The notes under the pieces: model-generated
Databases searched by the model: none
Told to the model about the DNA's origin: nothing
The model's input: the letters and a program-made list of their open reading frames with translations, nothing else
Translations under genes and position numbers: made by a program
Origin: an uncultured Gammaproteobacteria bacterium
GTDB taxonomy: Bacteria > Patescibacteriota > Patescibacteriia > 2-01-FULL-39-33
NCBI GenBank assembly: GCA_964558935.1
Contig: CAZLFP010000006.1
Location: 1 to 47,325 of the forward strand
Length of the DNA stretch: 47,325 nt
Reading direction: 5' to 3'
Shown here: piece by piece, positions 1 through 6,709 of the stretch
Layout of the letters: each line of letters opens with the position of its first letter
Position numbering within the stretch: position 1 is the first letter of the stretch

Positions 1-49
1 CGTAACAAGGCACCCGTAGCGGAAGCTGTGGGTGGATCACCTCCTTTCT
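1..49 (+). rRNA. rrs: 16S rRNA 3' terminus (partial; gene begins upstream of window)
   Basis: CGTAACAAGG...GGATCACCTCCTTTCT is the conserved 16S 3' end including anti-SD CCTCC. Confidence 0.9.
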
Positions 50-143
50 AGGGAGTAATCGACAGATGTCTCATTGAGTGATCTGTTAATTAGTCGAAGA
101 TTAGTTAAGTTTTTGTCGCTTTTAAGTTGTTAAGTTGAAAAGA

Positions 144-169
144 CTGCCTTTATAAAGGGTGGTTTTTTT
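144..169 (+). terminator. hairpin plus T7 run downstream of 16S
   Basis: CTGCC...GGTGG stem with inner CCTT/AAGG pairing, then TTTTTTT at 163-169. Confidence 0.45.
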
Positions 170-197
170 GTTATTTAAGATATGTTAATATATATGA

Positions 198-1214
198 ATG
201 AATCAAAGTAAGGACAATTTATTTGCCAACCAACCCAAGTACCGCTTGGACCAGTTTTACCGAGCTTTATTTGATCCTCAGATTAAAGCTTGGGATGAGA
301 TAACAACCTTACCTCAGGCTTTAAGGAACCAATTAAATGAAAGCAAGCCTTTTTATGCTTTTGAAGCCAAAAAGATTTTAGAAGCTGAAGATAATTCTTC
401 ATATAAAGCTGTGTTTGAAACTCGGGATGAATTATTATTTGAAAGTGTGTTAATGAAAAACACCAGAGGTCAGTATACTATTTGTTTGTCCAGTCAGATT
501 GGTTGCAAAATGGGCTGCACTTTTTGCGCTACCGGACAAATGGGGTTTAAAAGAAATTTAACGGTTGAAGAAATCATTGACCAAGTCAGGTTCTGGCAAA
601 GATATGGAGATAAAGAGATTGAAGATTTCAGGATCAGTAATTTGGTGTTTATGGGTATGGGTGAACCTTTGGATAATTATGACAATGTAGTTAAAGCCAT
701 TGATTTGATTTTAGAATACACAGATATTGGCAAGACTAAGATTATAGTTTCAACAGTTGGTTTAATCGGGAAGTTGGAAAAGATTTTAACTGATCCGGCT
801 TGGCCTCAGGTTAGAATCGCCTTGTCCCTGCAAACTACGGATTATGCCACCAGAAAAGAATTAATCCCTGCAACCGAAAAAGATTTTTTTGACAAATTTA
901 AATCTTGGTCTCAAAGATATCTGAAAAAATACGGCAACCGGAATAATTACCTGACTTTTGAATATGTGATGATGAAAGGTAAAAATGACAGTTTAAAAGA
1001 TGCTGAGGGTTTAAGTCAGTATGCTCATGAGTGCCAGGTTGATAAGATAAACTTAATACCGTATAACTCAATTGGCTCTGATGTAAGTCGATCTGATTCT
1101 AAGAAGATAGAAGAGTTTAAAGAAAGATTGGAGGAGAAAGACTTGACTGTTACCATTAGAAAGAGTTTAGGCCAAGAGATTAAGGGAGCTTGTGGGCAAT
1201 TGGTTGGGAATTAA
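198..1214 (+). CDS. rlmN: 23S rRNA/tRNA A2503-type radical SAM methyltransferase RlmN
   Basis: radical-SAM CKMGCTFCATGQ (CxxxCxxC), RlmN/Cfr-like length, C-terminal GACGQL. Confidence 0.85.
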   Translation: MNQSKDNLFANQPKYRLDQFYRALFDPQIKAWDEITTLPQALRNQLNESKPFYAFEAKKILEAEDNSSYKAVFETRDELLFESVLMKNTRGQYTICLSSQIGCKMGCTFCATGQMGFKRNLTVEEIIDQVRFWQRYGDKEIEDFRISNLVFMGMGEPLDNYDNVVKAIDLILEYTDIGKTKIIVSTVGLIGKLEKILTDPAWPQVRIALSLQTTDYATRKELIPATEKDFFDKFKSWSQRYLKKYGNRNNYLTFEYVMMKGKNDSLKDAEGLSQYAHECQVDKINLIPYNSIGSDVSRSDSKKIEEFKERLEEKDLTVTIRKSLGQEIKGACGQLVGN

Positions 1215-1224
1215 AAAAAGAGTT

Positions 1225-1587
1225 TTATAACTCTTTTTTAAGTAACCGATAGACATCCTCAGGATACAATTCTCCTTTGTCTTTGCCCTTTAGTTTAGAT
1301 AAGCCGGTACAGCGAGCTACGTATTCGGCACAATCCGTACCACTCTTAATTTCAGATTCTAATTTTTGGTCATCAATATCTATGTTGTCCAAAAAGACAG
1401 CCTTTTTAAATTCCTGATCTTTTAACCTGTTTAAATCTGAAACTTTATACTTACCCTGACTGAAGCATTCATACACCTTGTTGTTTGAAACAATGCCGGT
1501 ATGCCAAAAACTGCCTTTGAAATTGGTTAAAGGCGGATAATCCTTAGGACGATCTTCCAAGGGAAGAAAAAAGATTTGTGAAGTCAT
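1225..1587 (-). CDS. hypothetical protein, possibly NlpC/P60-LRAT-like papain-fold hydrolase
   Basis: Start moved to ATG 1587 because the longer track ORF runs into tRNA-Pro. FWHTGIV...VYE and DCAEYVARC resemble the His / Cys motifs of LRAT-type hydrolases (weak). Confidence 0.5.
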   Translation of the reverse strand: MTSQIFFLPLEDRPKDYPPLTNFKGSFWHTGIVSNNKVYECFSQGKYKVSDLNRLKDQEFKKAVFLDNIDIDDQKLESEIKSGTDCAEYVARCTGLSKLKGKDKGELYPEDVYRLLKKEL

Positions 1588-1592
1588 AATTG

Positions 1593-1666
1593 TCGGGGTG
1601 AGAGGACTTGAACCTCCGGCCTCTTGGTCCCAAACCAAGCGCTCTAGCCAACTGAGCTACACCCCG
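1593..1666 (-). tRNA. tRNA-Pro (anticodon UGG)
   Basis: Cloverleaf read by hand: acceptor CGGGGTG/CACCCCG, anticodon arm CTTGG-TTTGGGA-CCAAG, T arm GGAGG-TTCAAGT-CCTCT. Confidence 0.9.
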
Positions 1667-1714
1667 TTAAAATAACAGTTAACAGCTTTAAAACCGTTAA
1701 CCGTTATTTGTCAG

Positions 1715-1786
1715 TGCCGAGGGGCAGGATCGAACTGCCGACACAAAGATTTTCAGTCTTCTGCTCTACCACTGAGCTACCTCGGC
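1715..1786 (-). tRNA. tRNA-Phe (anticodon GAA)
   Basis: Acceptor GCCGAGG/CCTCGGC, anticodon loop CTGAAAA, T arm GGCAG-TTCGATC-CTGCC. Confidence 0.9.
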
Positions 1787-1792
1787 CCACTG

Positions 1793-1866
1793 TGGGCAAT
1801 GGGGGACTCGAACCTCCGACCTCGTCGTTATCAGCGACGCGCTCTAACCAGCTGAGCTAATTGCCC
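1793..1866 (-). tRNA. tRNA-Ile (anticodon GAU)
   Basis: Acceptor GGGCAAT/ATTGCCC, anticodon arm CGTCG-CTGATAA-CGACG. Confidence 0.9.
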
Positions 1867-1881
1867 GAAATATACTACTCC

Positions 1882-1910
1882 AGTATAGCAAAAAAGGCTT
1901 AATTTGGCAA
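1882..1910 (-). promoter_or_regulatory. sigma70-like promoter of the tRNA Ile-Phe-Pro operon
   Basis: minus strand TTGCCA -17 nt- (TGC)TATACT, about 15 nt upstream of the tRNA-Ile 5' end. Confidence 0.55.
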
Positions 1911-1914
1911 GAGT

Positions 1915-2712
1915 TTAGACTTCTAGAATTTTTTTGGAGGCCATTAAACTTAAAGTACCGGCATATCTGCCTTTGCCCAAGAAAATCGGGTAAAAATCCT
2001 TGTCAGACTTAATCTGTTTTCTGTTGGCTGTACCTATTTTCTGACCCTTTGCAACCAATTTAAAATCTTTTAATTCTTTACTGGGCGTGAACTTATCTGA
2101 TACCTTGTAAATGTCAAAAATGGTGTATAGATCTTTGTTGGGGTAGGTGGTTTGCTGACCTTTTAAGACTCCCAGATTTCTTAAGATGGTTTTAACGTCT
2201 CTAACCGCTCTAGGATAATTACTCCCGGTTTTATCCGGACCGTATTCCAAAGCAAGGCCGGCTTTCACACTACCGATTAAAAAATTACCCTCACCAAAAA
2301 CCCTTTCTCTAGCCAGCATAACTTTCTTAATGGGAGTTATTCTTAATAACTGTTTGGTTTTGGAATTTAAATTAGTGATAACTGCAGCTTTATCAAAATT
2401 GGAATTGGTGGCATGAATGTCGATAACAATGTCAAAGTCTTTCAGTTCTTGTTTTAATTTGTAAGCCACCAAGTCTTCATGTCTGCCATTAGCTTTGCCG
2501 GGGAAAGCTCGATTCAAATCTTTTTGTATAAACCTTTTATTCAATTTAATGGCCGGTAGGTTGCCTAAAAAGAAAGCAATTAAGCCTTTCTCGTATTTTA
2601 AAGTTGCCAGTTTATCGATAACTTTCTGTCCAATAATTTCATCACCATGAACGCAACCCACAATGGCGATTTTAGGCTGGCCTTGTCCCAGTTGGTTGAT
2701 TTGATGTTTCAT
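1915..2712 (-). CDS. succinylglutamate desuccinylase/aspartoacylase (AstE/AspA) family zinc deacylase
   Basis: GCVHGDEIIG, DLNRAFPG and DIHAT motifs typical of the AstE/AspA branch of M14-like hydrolases. Confidence 0.75.
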   Translation of the reverse strand: MKHQINQLGQGQPKIAIVGCVHGDEIIGQKVIDKLATLKYEKGLIAFFLGNLPAIKLNKRFIQKDLNRAFPGKANGRHEDLVAYKLKQELKDFDIVIDIHATNSNFDKAAVITNLNSKTKQLLRITPIKKVMLARERVFGEGNFLIGSVKAGLALEYGPDKTGSNYPRAVRDVKTILRNLGVLKGQQTTYPNKDLYTIFDIYKVSDKFTPSKELKDFKLVAKGQKIGTANRKQIKSDKDFYPIFLGKGRYAGTLSLMASKKILEV

Positions 2713-2718
2713 TGTTTA

Positions 2719-2747
2719 ATTATAGCTAAATAGTTTGAGTTTACAAA
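2719..2747 (-). promoter_or_regulatory. promoter of the deacylase gene (leaderless layout)
   Basis: minus strand TTGTAA -16 nt- TATAAT, 6 nt, ATG at 2712. Confidence 0.4.
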
Positions 2748-2751
2748 GAGG

Positions 2752-2778
2752 AGAGCGCGAGCTTAAAACTCGCGCTCT
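2752..2778 (-). terminator. 10-bp GC-rich hairpin after ligase A
   Basis: AGAGCGCGAG-CTTAAAA-CTCGCGCTCT; only a weak U-rich tail on the minus strand. Confidence 0.5.
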
Positions 2779-2781
2779 AAT

Positions 2782-3576
2782 TCAGTTCTTGGCGGCTTCA
2801 CGGCAGATAATCAGGCAGAGTTTAGCCCAATTGACCATCAGCCGGATGTCGTCAGTCGTGTCAAACATCCTAAATTCGATCGCTCCATACTTGGAGATGC
2901 GAATCATGTCCCACCACATACCCAGATCCCGCTCAAACTGTTCGGTTCGAGCTCGCTGGTACAATCCGTGCAAATTGCGACAGGGAATCAGCTGAGGCGT
3001 GCGCTGGACATGCTGTTCAAACAGATGAACACGCTGACCCTGGCTGAAACTACCGATATCCACCAGATGATCGTAATGATCGATCAGGCGATCATAAACT
3101 CGGATAGCCGTTTTCAGATCCGGCATGCCAATTAGAATGTGGACGCTGGAGAGACGCCTAACCATGTCTCGACCGGCTTCAGACAGCCAGTTATTGGCAA
3201 TGTCTAGGTAGCGAGGATGATCTACGATCTGAGTCGGAATATCCGGTGGAGCAATCGGCCAGAAAACACGCTTAACTCCGACCGCTTGTTCCATTTCACC
3301 GGCCATCGCATCTATCTGTTTAATAGCTGCTTCCAACTCATGGCTCGAGCAGGGCTGAGCCAAACGTTCTTCAAAATGACTGACGTTGAATTCCGGTCCG
3401 AAGCAGTGCGACAGGCCATTGCAATGATGCATAACCCAGTCCATAACTGAGTCAATAGCTGGTACAGCTTGGTTGGTGGTTGGGTTAACCAGCTGGGATT
3501 CGCGTTCCCAGCCGATCTTCCAGGCATGATGGGGTTGAAACTGGAATTGTTCCACAAATCTTGTGATCTCTTTCAC
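2782..3576 (-). CDS. short GCS2/amidoligase-like carboxylate-amine ligase (glutamine-synthetase fold), paralog A
   Basis: GTG start 5 nt after GGAGG. KIGWERE, EER, VHILIGMPD and GAIEFRMFDTT resemble the G-x-E-x-E, HVHVG and T-x-E-x-R-x-x-D motifs of YbdK/GCS2-type ligases. About 100 aa shorter than YbdK. GC higher than the flanks. Confidence 0.55.
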   Translation of the reverse strand: MKEITRFVEQFQFQPHHAWKIGWERESQLVNPTTNQAVPAIDSVMDWVMHHCNGLSHCFGPEFNVSHFEERLAQPCSSHELEAAIKQIDAMAGEMEQAVGVKRVFWPIAPPDIPTQIVDHPRYLDIANNWLSEAGRDMVRRLSSVHILIGMPDLKTAIRVYDRLIDHYDHLVDIGSFSQGQRVHLFEQHVQRTPQLIPCRNLHGLYQRARTEQFERDLGMWWDMIRISKYGAIEFRMFDTTDDIRLMVNWAKLCLIICREAAKN

Positions 3577-3707
3577 GACTTCCTCCTATGTTGTTTAAGA
3601 CCAAGGGTGAGGTGTAATTACCTCAGACATATTCTTGATGTATAAATTAAGTTAGTAACTGGTCGATTAACCTAAATTCATTAAGAATATGTCTTAAGTA
3701 ATTAAAC

Positions 3708-3731
3708 AAAAAACTGACCCGGGTAGATCAG
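3708..3731 (-). terminator. intrinsic terminator of the Ile attenuator
   Basis: minus-strand RNA CUGAUCU-ACCC-GGGUCAG followed by UUUUUU (3713..3708), inside the 5' leader of ligase A. Confidence 0.6.
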
Positions 3732-3760
3732 TCGCGCTTGTAAAATTAAGACTAACCAAT

Positions 3761-3814
3761 CTACCTAAGATCAGGAATAATAATGTTAATAATAATTTGG
3801 TTAGCTTGTAACAT
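3761..3814 (-). CDS. leader peptide MLQANQIIINIIIPDLR (6 Ile codons)
   Basis: ATG 6 nt after a TATAAT box; 17 codons containing ATTx3-AAC-ATTx3; stop lies inside an antiterminator segment. Confidence 0.6.
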   Translation of the reverse strand: MLQANQIIINIIIPDLR

Positions 3815-3820
3815 AATTGT

Positions 3821-3848
3821 ATTATACCTTAAATCTGGGACTTGTCAA
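3821..3848 (-). promoter_or_regulatory. promoter of Ile leader / ligase A
   Basis: minus strand TTGACA (3848..3843) -16 nt- TATAAT (3826..3821). Confidence 0.6.
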
Positions 3849-3869
3849 ATAAAATAAAAGGGATATAAT
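3842..3869 (+). promoter_or_regulatory. promoter of the 62-aa gene, back-to-back with the ligase A promoter
   Basis: TTGTCA -16 nt- TATAAT; its -35 overlaps the minus-strand -35. Confidence 0.5.
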
Positions 3870-3896
3870 AATAGCAGGTAGTGAAAGGAGGTAGTA

Positions 3897-4085
3897 ATGG
3901 AAGACTTGCGCAAGAGAACGGAAGCCCAGATTCAAGAGATTTTGGGCGACGACAACATGTGGTATGCAGGTGAACGCTTAGGTCATTCACCCAACCCGAA
4001 CGAAGCGGCGATGCACTTTGTTAATCATGGCGGAGCAGCTGATTTTGCCCAACGCTGGGCAGAGTCGCATCGGGGCGTGGCGTAA
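3897..4085 (+). CDS. small hypothetical protein (62 aa)
   Basis: strong RBS GAAAGGAGG 6 nt before ATG; higher GC; no family recognised. Confidence 0.6.
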   Translation: MEDLRKRTEAQIQEILGDDNMWYAGERLGHSPNPNEAAMHFVNHGGAADFAQRWAESHRGVA

Positions 4086-4138
4086 GCCAGCCCCTTTAAT
4101 AGTCTTGACTTTTTTATGTAATTTAAGTTTAACATACT

Positions 4139-4164
4139 AACTAGCTGATGATAGGCTAGTTTTT
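4139..4164 (+). terminator. intrinsic terminator
   Basis: AACTAGC-9 nt loop-GCTAGTT then TTTC. Confidence 0.5.
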
Positions 4165-4184
4165 CTTAATTTAAGAGAAAGCTT

Positions 4185-4778
4185 ATGTCTGGTTATGGTT
4201 CAAATGACAATGTTGTTCAGGCAATAACCGATACCATAAAGAGATGGTTAAAGGATGATTTGAAATATAAATTTATAATTGGCCTTGATGGAAGAAGTGG
4301 GGTGGGTAAGACCAGTATTGCAAAACAAATAAAACAAAATTATAGGTGGATTGAGGTTGTTCATTTGGATTGTTTTATAAAAAAAATTAATCAAAAAAAG
4401 AAATTTGCAAGTATTAAAAATGACTCGGATTTAATTACAGCTGCTCAATGGTATGAGATTCAAAATTTAATGAAGACTATACATAATTTTAAAAATTCTA
4501 GTTCAAATAGCAAATGTTTAATTGTTGAAGGAATATTACTGCATGATATTCATAACAGATATAAGTGTTTTGATAAAATAATCCATTTGCAATTAAAAGA
4601 CAGTCAGGTTGAATTAAGAAATAAAATGAGAGCTTTAAGGAATTTTCAATCTTTATCTGATTTATCGTATACAGACAAAATTTGGCGAATATACAAACAG
4701 AAATATAATCCAGATAAAAATTCTGACTTAAATATTAATATTAGAATTGTTGACAAATTAATTGACGCCAATAAATAG
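4185..4778 (+). CDS. P-loop kinase, uridine-kinase-like
   Basis: Walker A GLDGRSGVGKTS; extremely AT-rich (12 G+C in 4381-4440). Confidence 0.5.
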   Translation: MSGYGSNDNVVQAITDTIKRWLKDDLKYKFIIGLDGRSGVGKTSIAKQIKQNYRWIEVVHLDCFIKKINQKKKFASIKNDSDLITAAQWYEIQNLMKTIHNFKNSSSNSKCLIVEGILLHDIHNRYKCFDKIIHLQLKDSQVELRNKMRALRNFQSLSDLSYTDKIWRIYKQKYNPDKNSDLNINIRIVDKLIDANK

Positions 4779-4816
4779 GGTGTTATACTAAAGATAAGAT
4801 TAATAAACACAAAATT

Positions 4817-5164
4817 ATGAGAGAAAAAATACCAGGTAGCAATGAGCAAATAAATGTTGATGCAGAAAATCAGGTGGAAAAAGGATCAGGTGACATTAAA
4901 GACCAGGAATATAATTCAATTATGGAAGAAATAGAATCAGCCTTTAAAAAGCAGGAAGAAATCGATGCTAAAGTAGATACTGGCGAATTAACAAGTGAAC
5001 AAGCTCAAGCTGAAATGAGAAAAATTCAAGAAGAAGTCGTTGATCCATTATTATACAAAAGAAGTGATAAGTTAGATGAATTGCTTGAAAATGGCACAAT
5101 AACTCAAGAACAGTTTGATGCCAATACGAATAGAATCATTAGCCCTGGCTTACTGGACTATTAA
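4817..5164 (+). CDS. hypothetical acidic coiled-coil protein
   Basis: long ORF, E/Q/K-rich, no recognisable domain. Confidence 0.45.
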   Translation: MREKIPGSNEQINVDAENQVEKGSGDIKDQEYNSIMEEIESAFKKQEEIDAKVDTGELTSEQAQAEMRKIQEEVVDPLLYKRSDKLDELLENGTITQEQFDANTNRIISPGLLDY

Positions 5165-5182
5165 AAGATTAGAAATGCTTTG

Positions 5183-5210
5183 AAATAATCTCTGTATTAG
5201 AGATTATTTT
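5183..5210 (+). terminator. intrinsic terminator
   Basis: AAATAATCTCT-GTATT-AGAGATTATTT with T run. Confidence 0.55.
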
Positions 5211-5214
5211 AAAT

Positions 5215-5243
5215 TTGACAGATTATAATTCTTAGATTACAAT
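5215..5243 (+). promoter_or_regulatory. promoter of the aromatic leader / pheA operon
   Basis: TTGACA -17 nt- TACAAT, 9 nt before the leader ATG. Confidence 0.6.
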
Positions 5244-5252
5244 TTAAATACA

Positions 5253-5315
5253 ATGAAAAAAATACATACAAACAATTGGTTTAGCTTTTATTTTACTGAC
5301 TGTATAGCCAGCTAG
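5253..5315 (+). CDS. leader peptide MKKIHTNNWFSFYFTDCIAS (W-F-S-F-Y-F)
   Basis: 20-codon ORF with 5 aromatic residues in a 6-codon stretch, stop inside the antiterminator stem, upstream of pheA. Confidence 0.65.
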   Translation: MKKIHTNNWFSFYFTDCIAS

Positions 5316-5342
5316 TTTTGTGTATATTGAGTAAAGAAGACT

Positions 5343-5367
5343 AACTGGCTGAAAGGTCGGTTTTTTT
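5343..5367 (+). terminator. attenuator terminator upstream of pheA
   Basis: AACTGGC-TGAAAG-GTCGGTT plus T run. Its 5' arm can instead pair with 5306-5318 (13-nt antiterminator with one mismatch and one wobble). Confidence 0.6.
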
Positions 5368-5384
5368 AATCATAAATAAGTATT

Positions 5385-5945
5385 ATGAAAATTGGAGTTT
5401 CCGGTGGTCCGGGCAGCTTCTCTGAAGAAGCGGCTGACTATTACTGCCATAAAAATAAATTGGCAGGTTATGAAATTAAGCATTTAATTTCCGTGGAAAA
5501 TGTTTTGCAAGCTTTGGAAAAAGATGAAATAGATATGGGGGTTTTTCCCATTGAAAATTCCAATGGTGGTATTGTGTATGAGGCAGTCTATGCCATGAGT
5601 CAGCATTTGTTTACAATCCAAAATCTGTTTGAAATAGATATTCGGCACAATCTCATTGCCCATCCTGAAGTTAATAAACAGGATATTACTTTAATTGCTT
5701 CTCATGACCAGGCTCTTAAACAGTGTAAGATGTATTTGAGAAGAGTTTGGCCAAAGGTGGAGATTAAGGAATGGGCAGATACGGCAGATTCTGTCAGAGC
5801 GATCAAAGACGGAGAACTGCCCAAGACTGCAGCCGGTATAGCTTCCAAAAAAGCGGCCGATCTGTATGGCATGCAGATTCTAGAAGAAGGTATCCAGGAT
5901 CTTAAATTCAATTTCACCACTTTTTTAGCGGTGACTAAGCAATAA
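5385..5945 (+). CDS. pheA: prephenate dehydratase domain protein (no ACT domain)
   Basis: GGPGSFSEEAA, PIENSNGG and SHDQALKQC motifs; ends right after NFTTF, where canonical PDTs have TRF. Confidence 0.75.
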   Translation: MKIGVSGGPGSFSEEAADYYCHKNKLAGYEIKHLISVENVLQALEKDEIDMGVFPIENSNGGIVYEAVYAMSQHLFTIQNLFEIDIRHNLIAHPEVNKQDITLIASHDQALKQCKMYLRRVWPKVEIKEWADTADSVRAIKDGELPKTAAGIASKKAADLYGMQILEEGIQDLKFNFTTFLAVTKQ

Positions 5946-5949
5946 TCAT

Positions 5950-6690
5950 ATGAAAATCGCAATCGTTGGCTTTGCCCGTTTCGGGCAGTTATGGGCCGAT
6001 TTAATGAAACAATTCGGACAAGTTATGGTTTTTAACCGATCTGACAAAGCTGATTTGGCTCAAGGTATGGAATTCTATACTTTTGACCGATTAGATAAAA
6101 TACAGGAGGCAGATTATATCTTTTGTTGCGTGGCTATGTCGGCCACTTTGGAAACTTTGGAAAGAATCAAGCCTTTTGTTAAAGATGGAGTAGTGGTTAT
6201 GGATGTATGCTCAGTTAAGGTTTTGCCTTGCCAATGGTTGGAAGAAGTTTTTGGTTCTGAAGCGGATCGGATAGAGATTATGGGGACTCACCCCATGTTC
6301 GGACCGGACAGTGCCAAAACTGGTTTAACAGATAAACAAATGGTATTGTGTCCTTTAAATATTAGTCAGGATAAGCTAGACTTTGTAAAAGGTATTTTTA
6401 ATGAATTGAAACTTAAAATTATCCAAACTACGCCTCAGGATCATGACCGACAGACAGCTTACAGTCTGGCCTTAGTTCATTATTTGGGGCGCGGCTTGGA
6501 TAGGCTGGATTTGGATTCCATTTACATTACCACGCTGGGCTTTGACCGCTTATTGGAAATTCACGGTAATGTGGTTAATGATTCCCAAGAGTTGTTTAAT
6601 GATTTGGAAAAACTGAATCCGTACGCTCAAGCTGCGAGACAGAAGTTAAGACAAGTTTTGGATGATCTGGAAACGGATCTAAACGGTTAG
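5950..6690 (+). CDS. tyrA: prephenate/arogenate dehydrogenase
   Basis: N-terminal Rossmann IAIVGFARFG, catalytic-region GTHPMFGP. Confidence 0.7.
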   Translation: MKIAIVGFARFGQLWADLMKQFGQVMVFNRSDKADLAQGMEFYTFDRLDKIQEADYIFCCVAMSATLETLERIKPFVKDGVVVMDVCSVKVLPCQWLEEVFGSEADRIEIMGTHPMFGPDSAKTGLTDKQMVLCPLNISQDKLDFVKGIFNELKLKIIQTTPQDHDRQTAYSLALVHYLGRGLDRLDLDSIYITTLGFDRLLEIHGNVVNDSQELFNDLEKLNPYAQAARQKLRQVLDDLETDLNG

Positions 6691-6709
6691 AAAAACCAAG
6701 GAGGAAGCA

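Noticed and set aside
1667-1714. Clusters of GTTAAC (here and at 26835-26855) as a shared regulatory motif
   Set aside because: There are only two loci and the spacing between the hexamers differs between them. The palindrome is expected by chance in AT-rich DNA.
3625-3694. Inverted repeat AGACATATTCTTGATG / CATTAAGAATATGTCT (16 nt, 1 mismatch) in the distal ligase A leader, considered as a riboswitch aptamer
   Set aside because: The repeat is real. However, it lies downstream of the attenuator terminator and matches no riboswitch class I recognise. I kept it only as part of the leader description.
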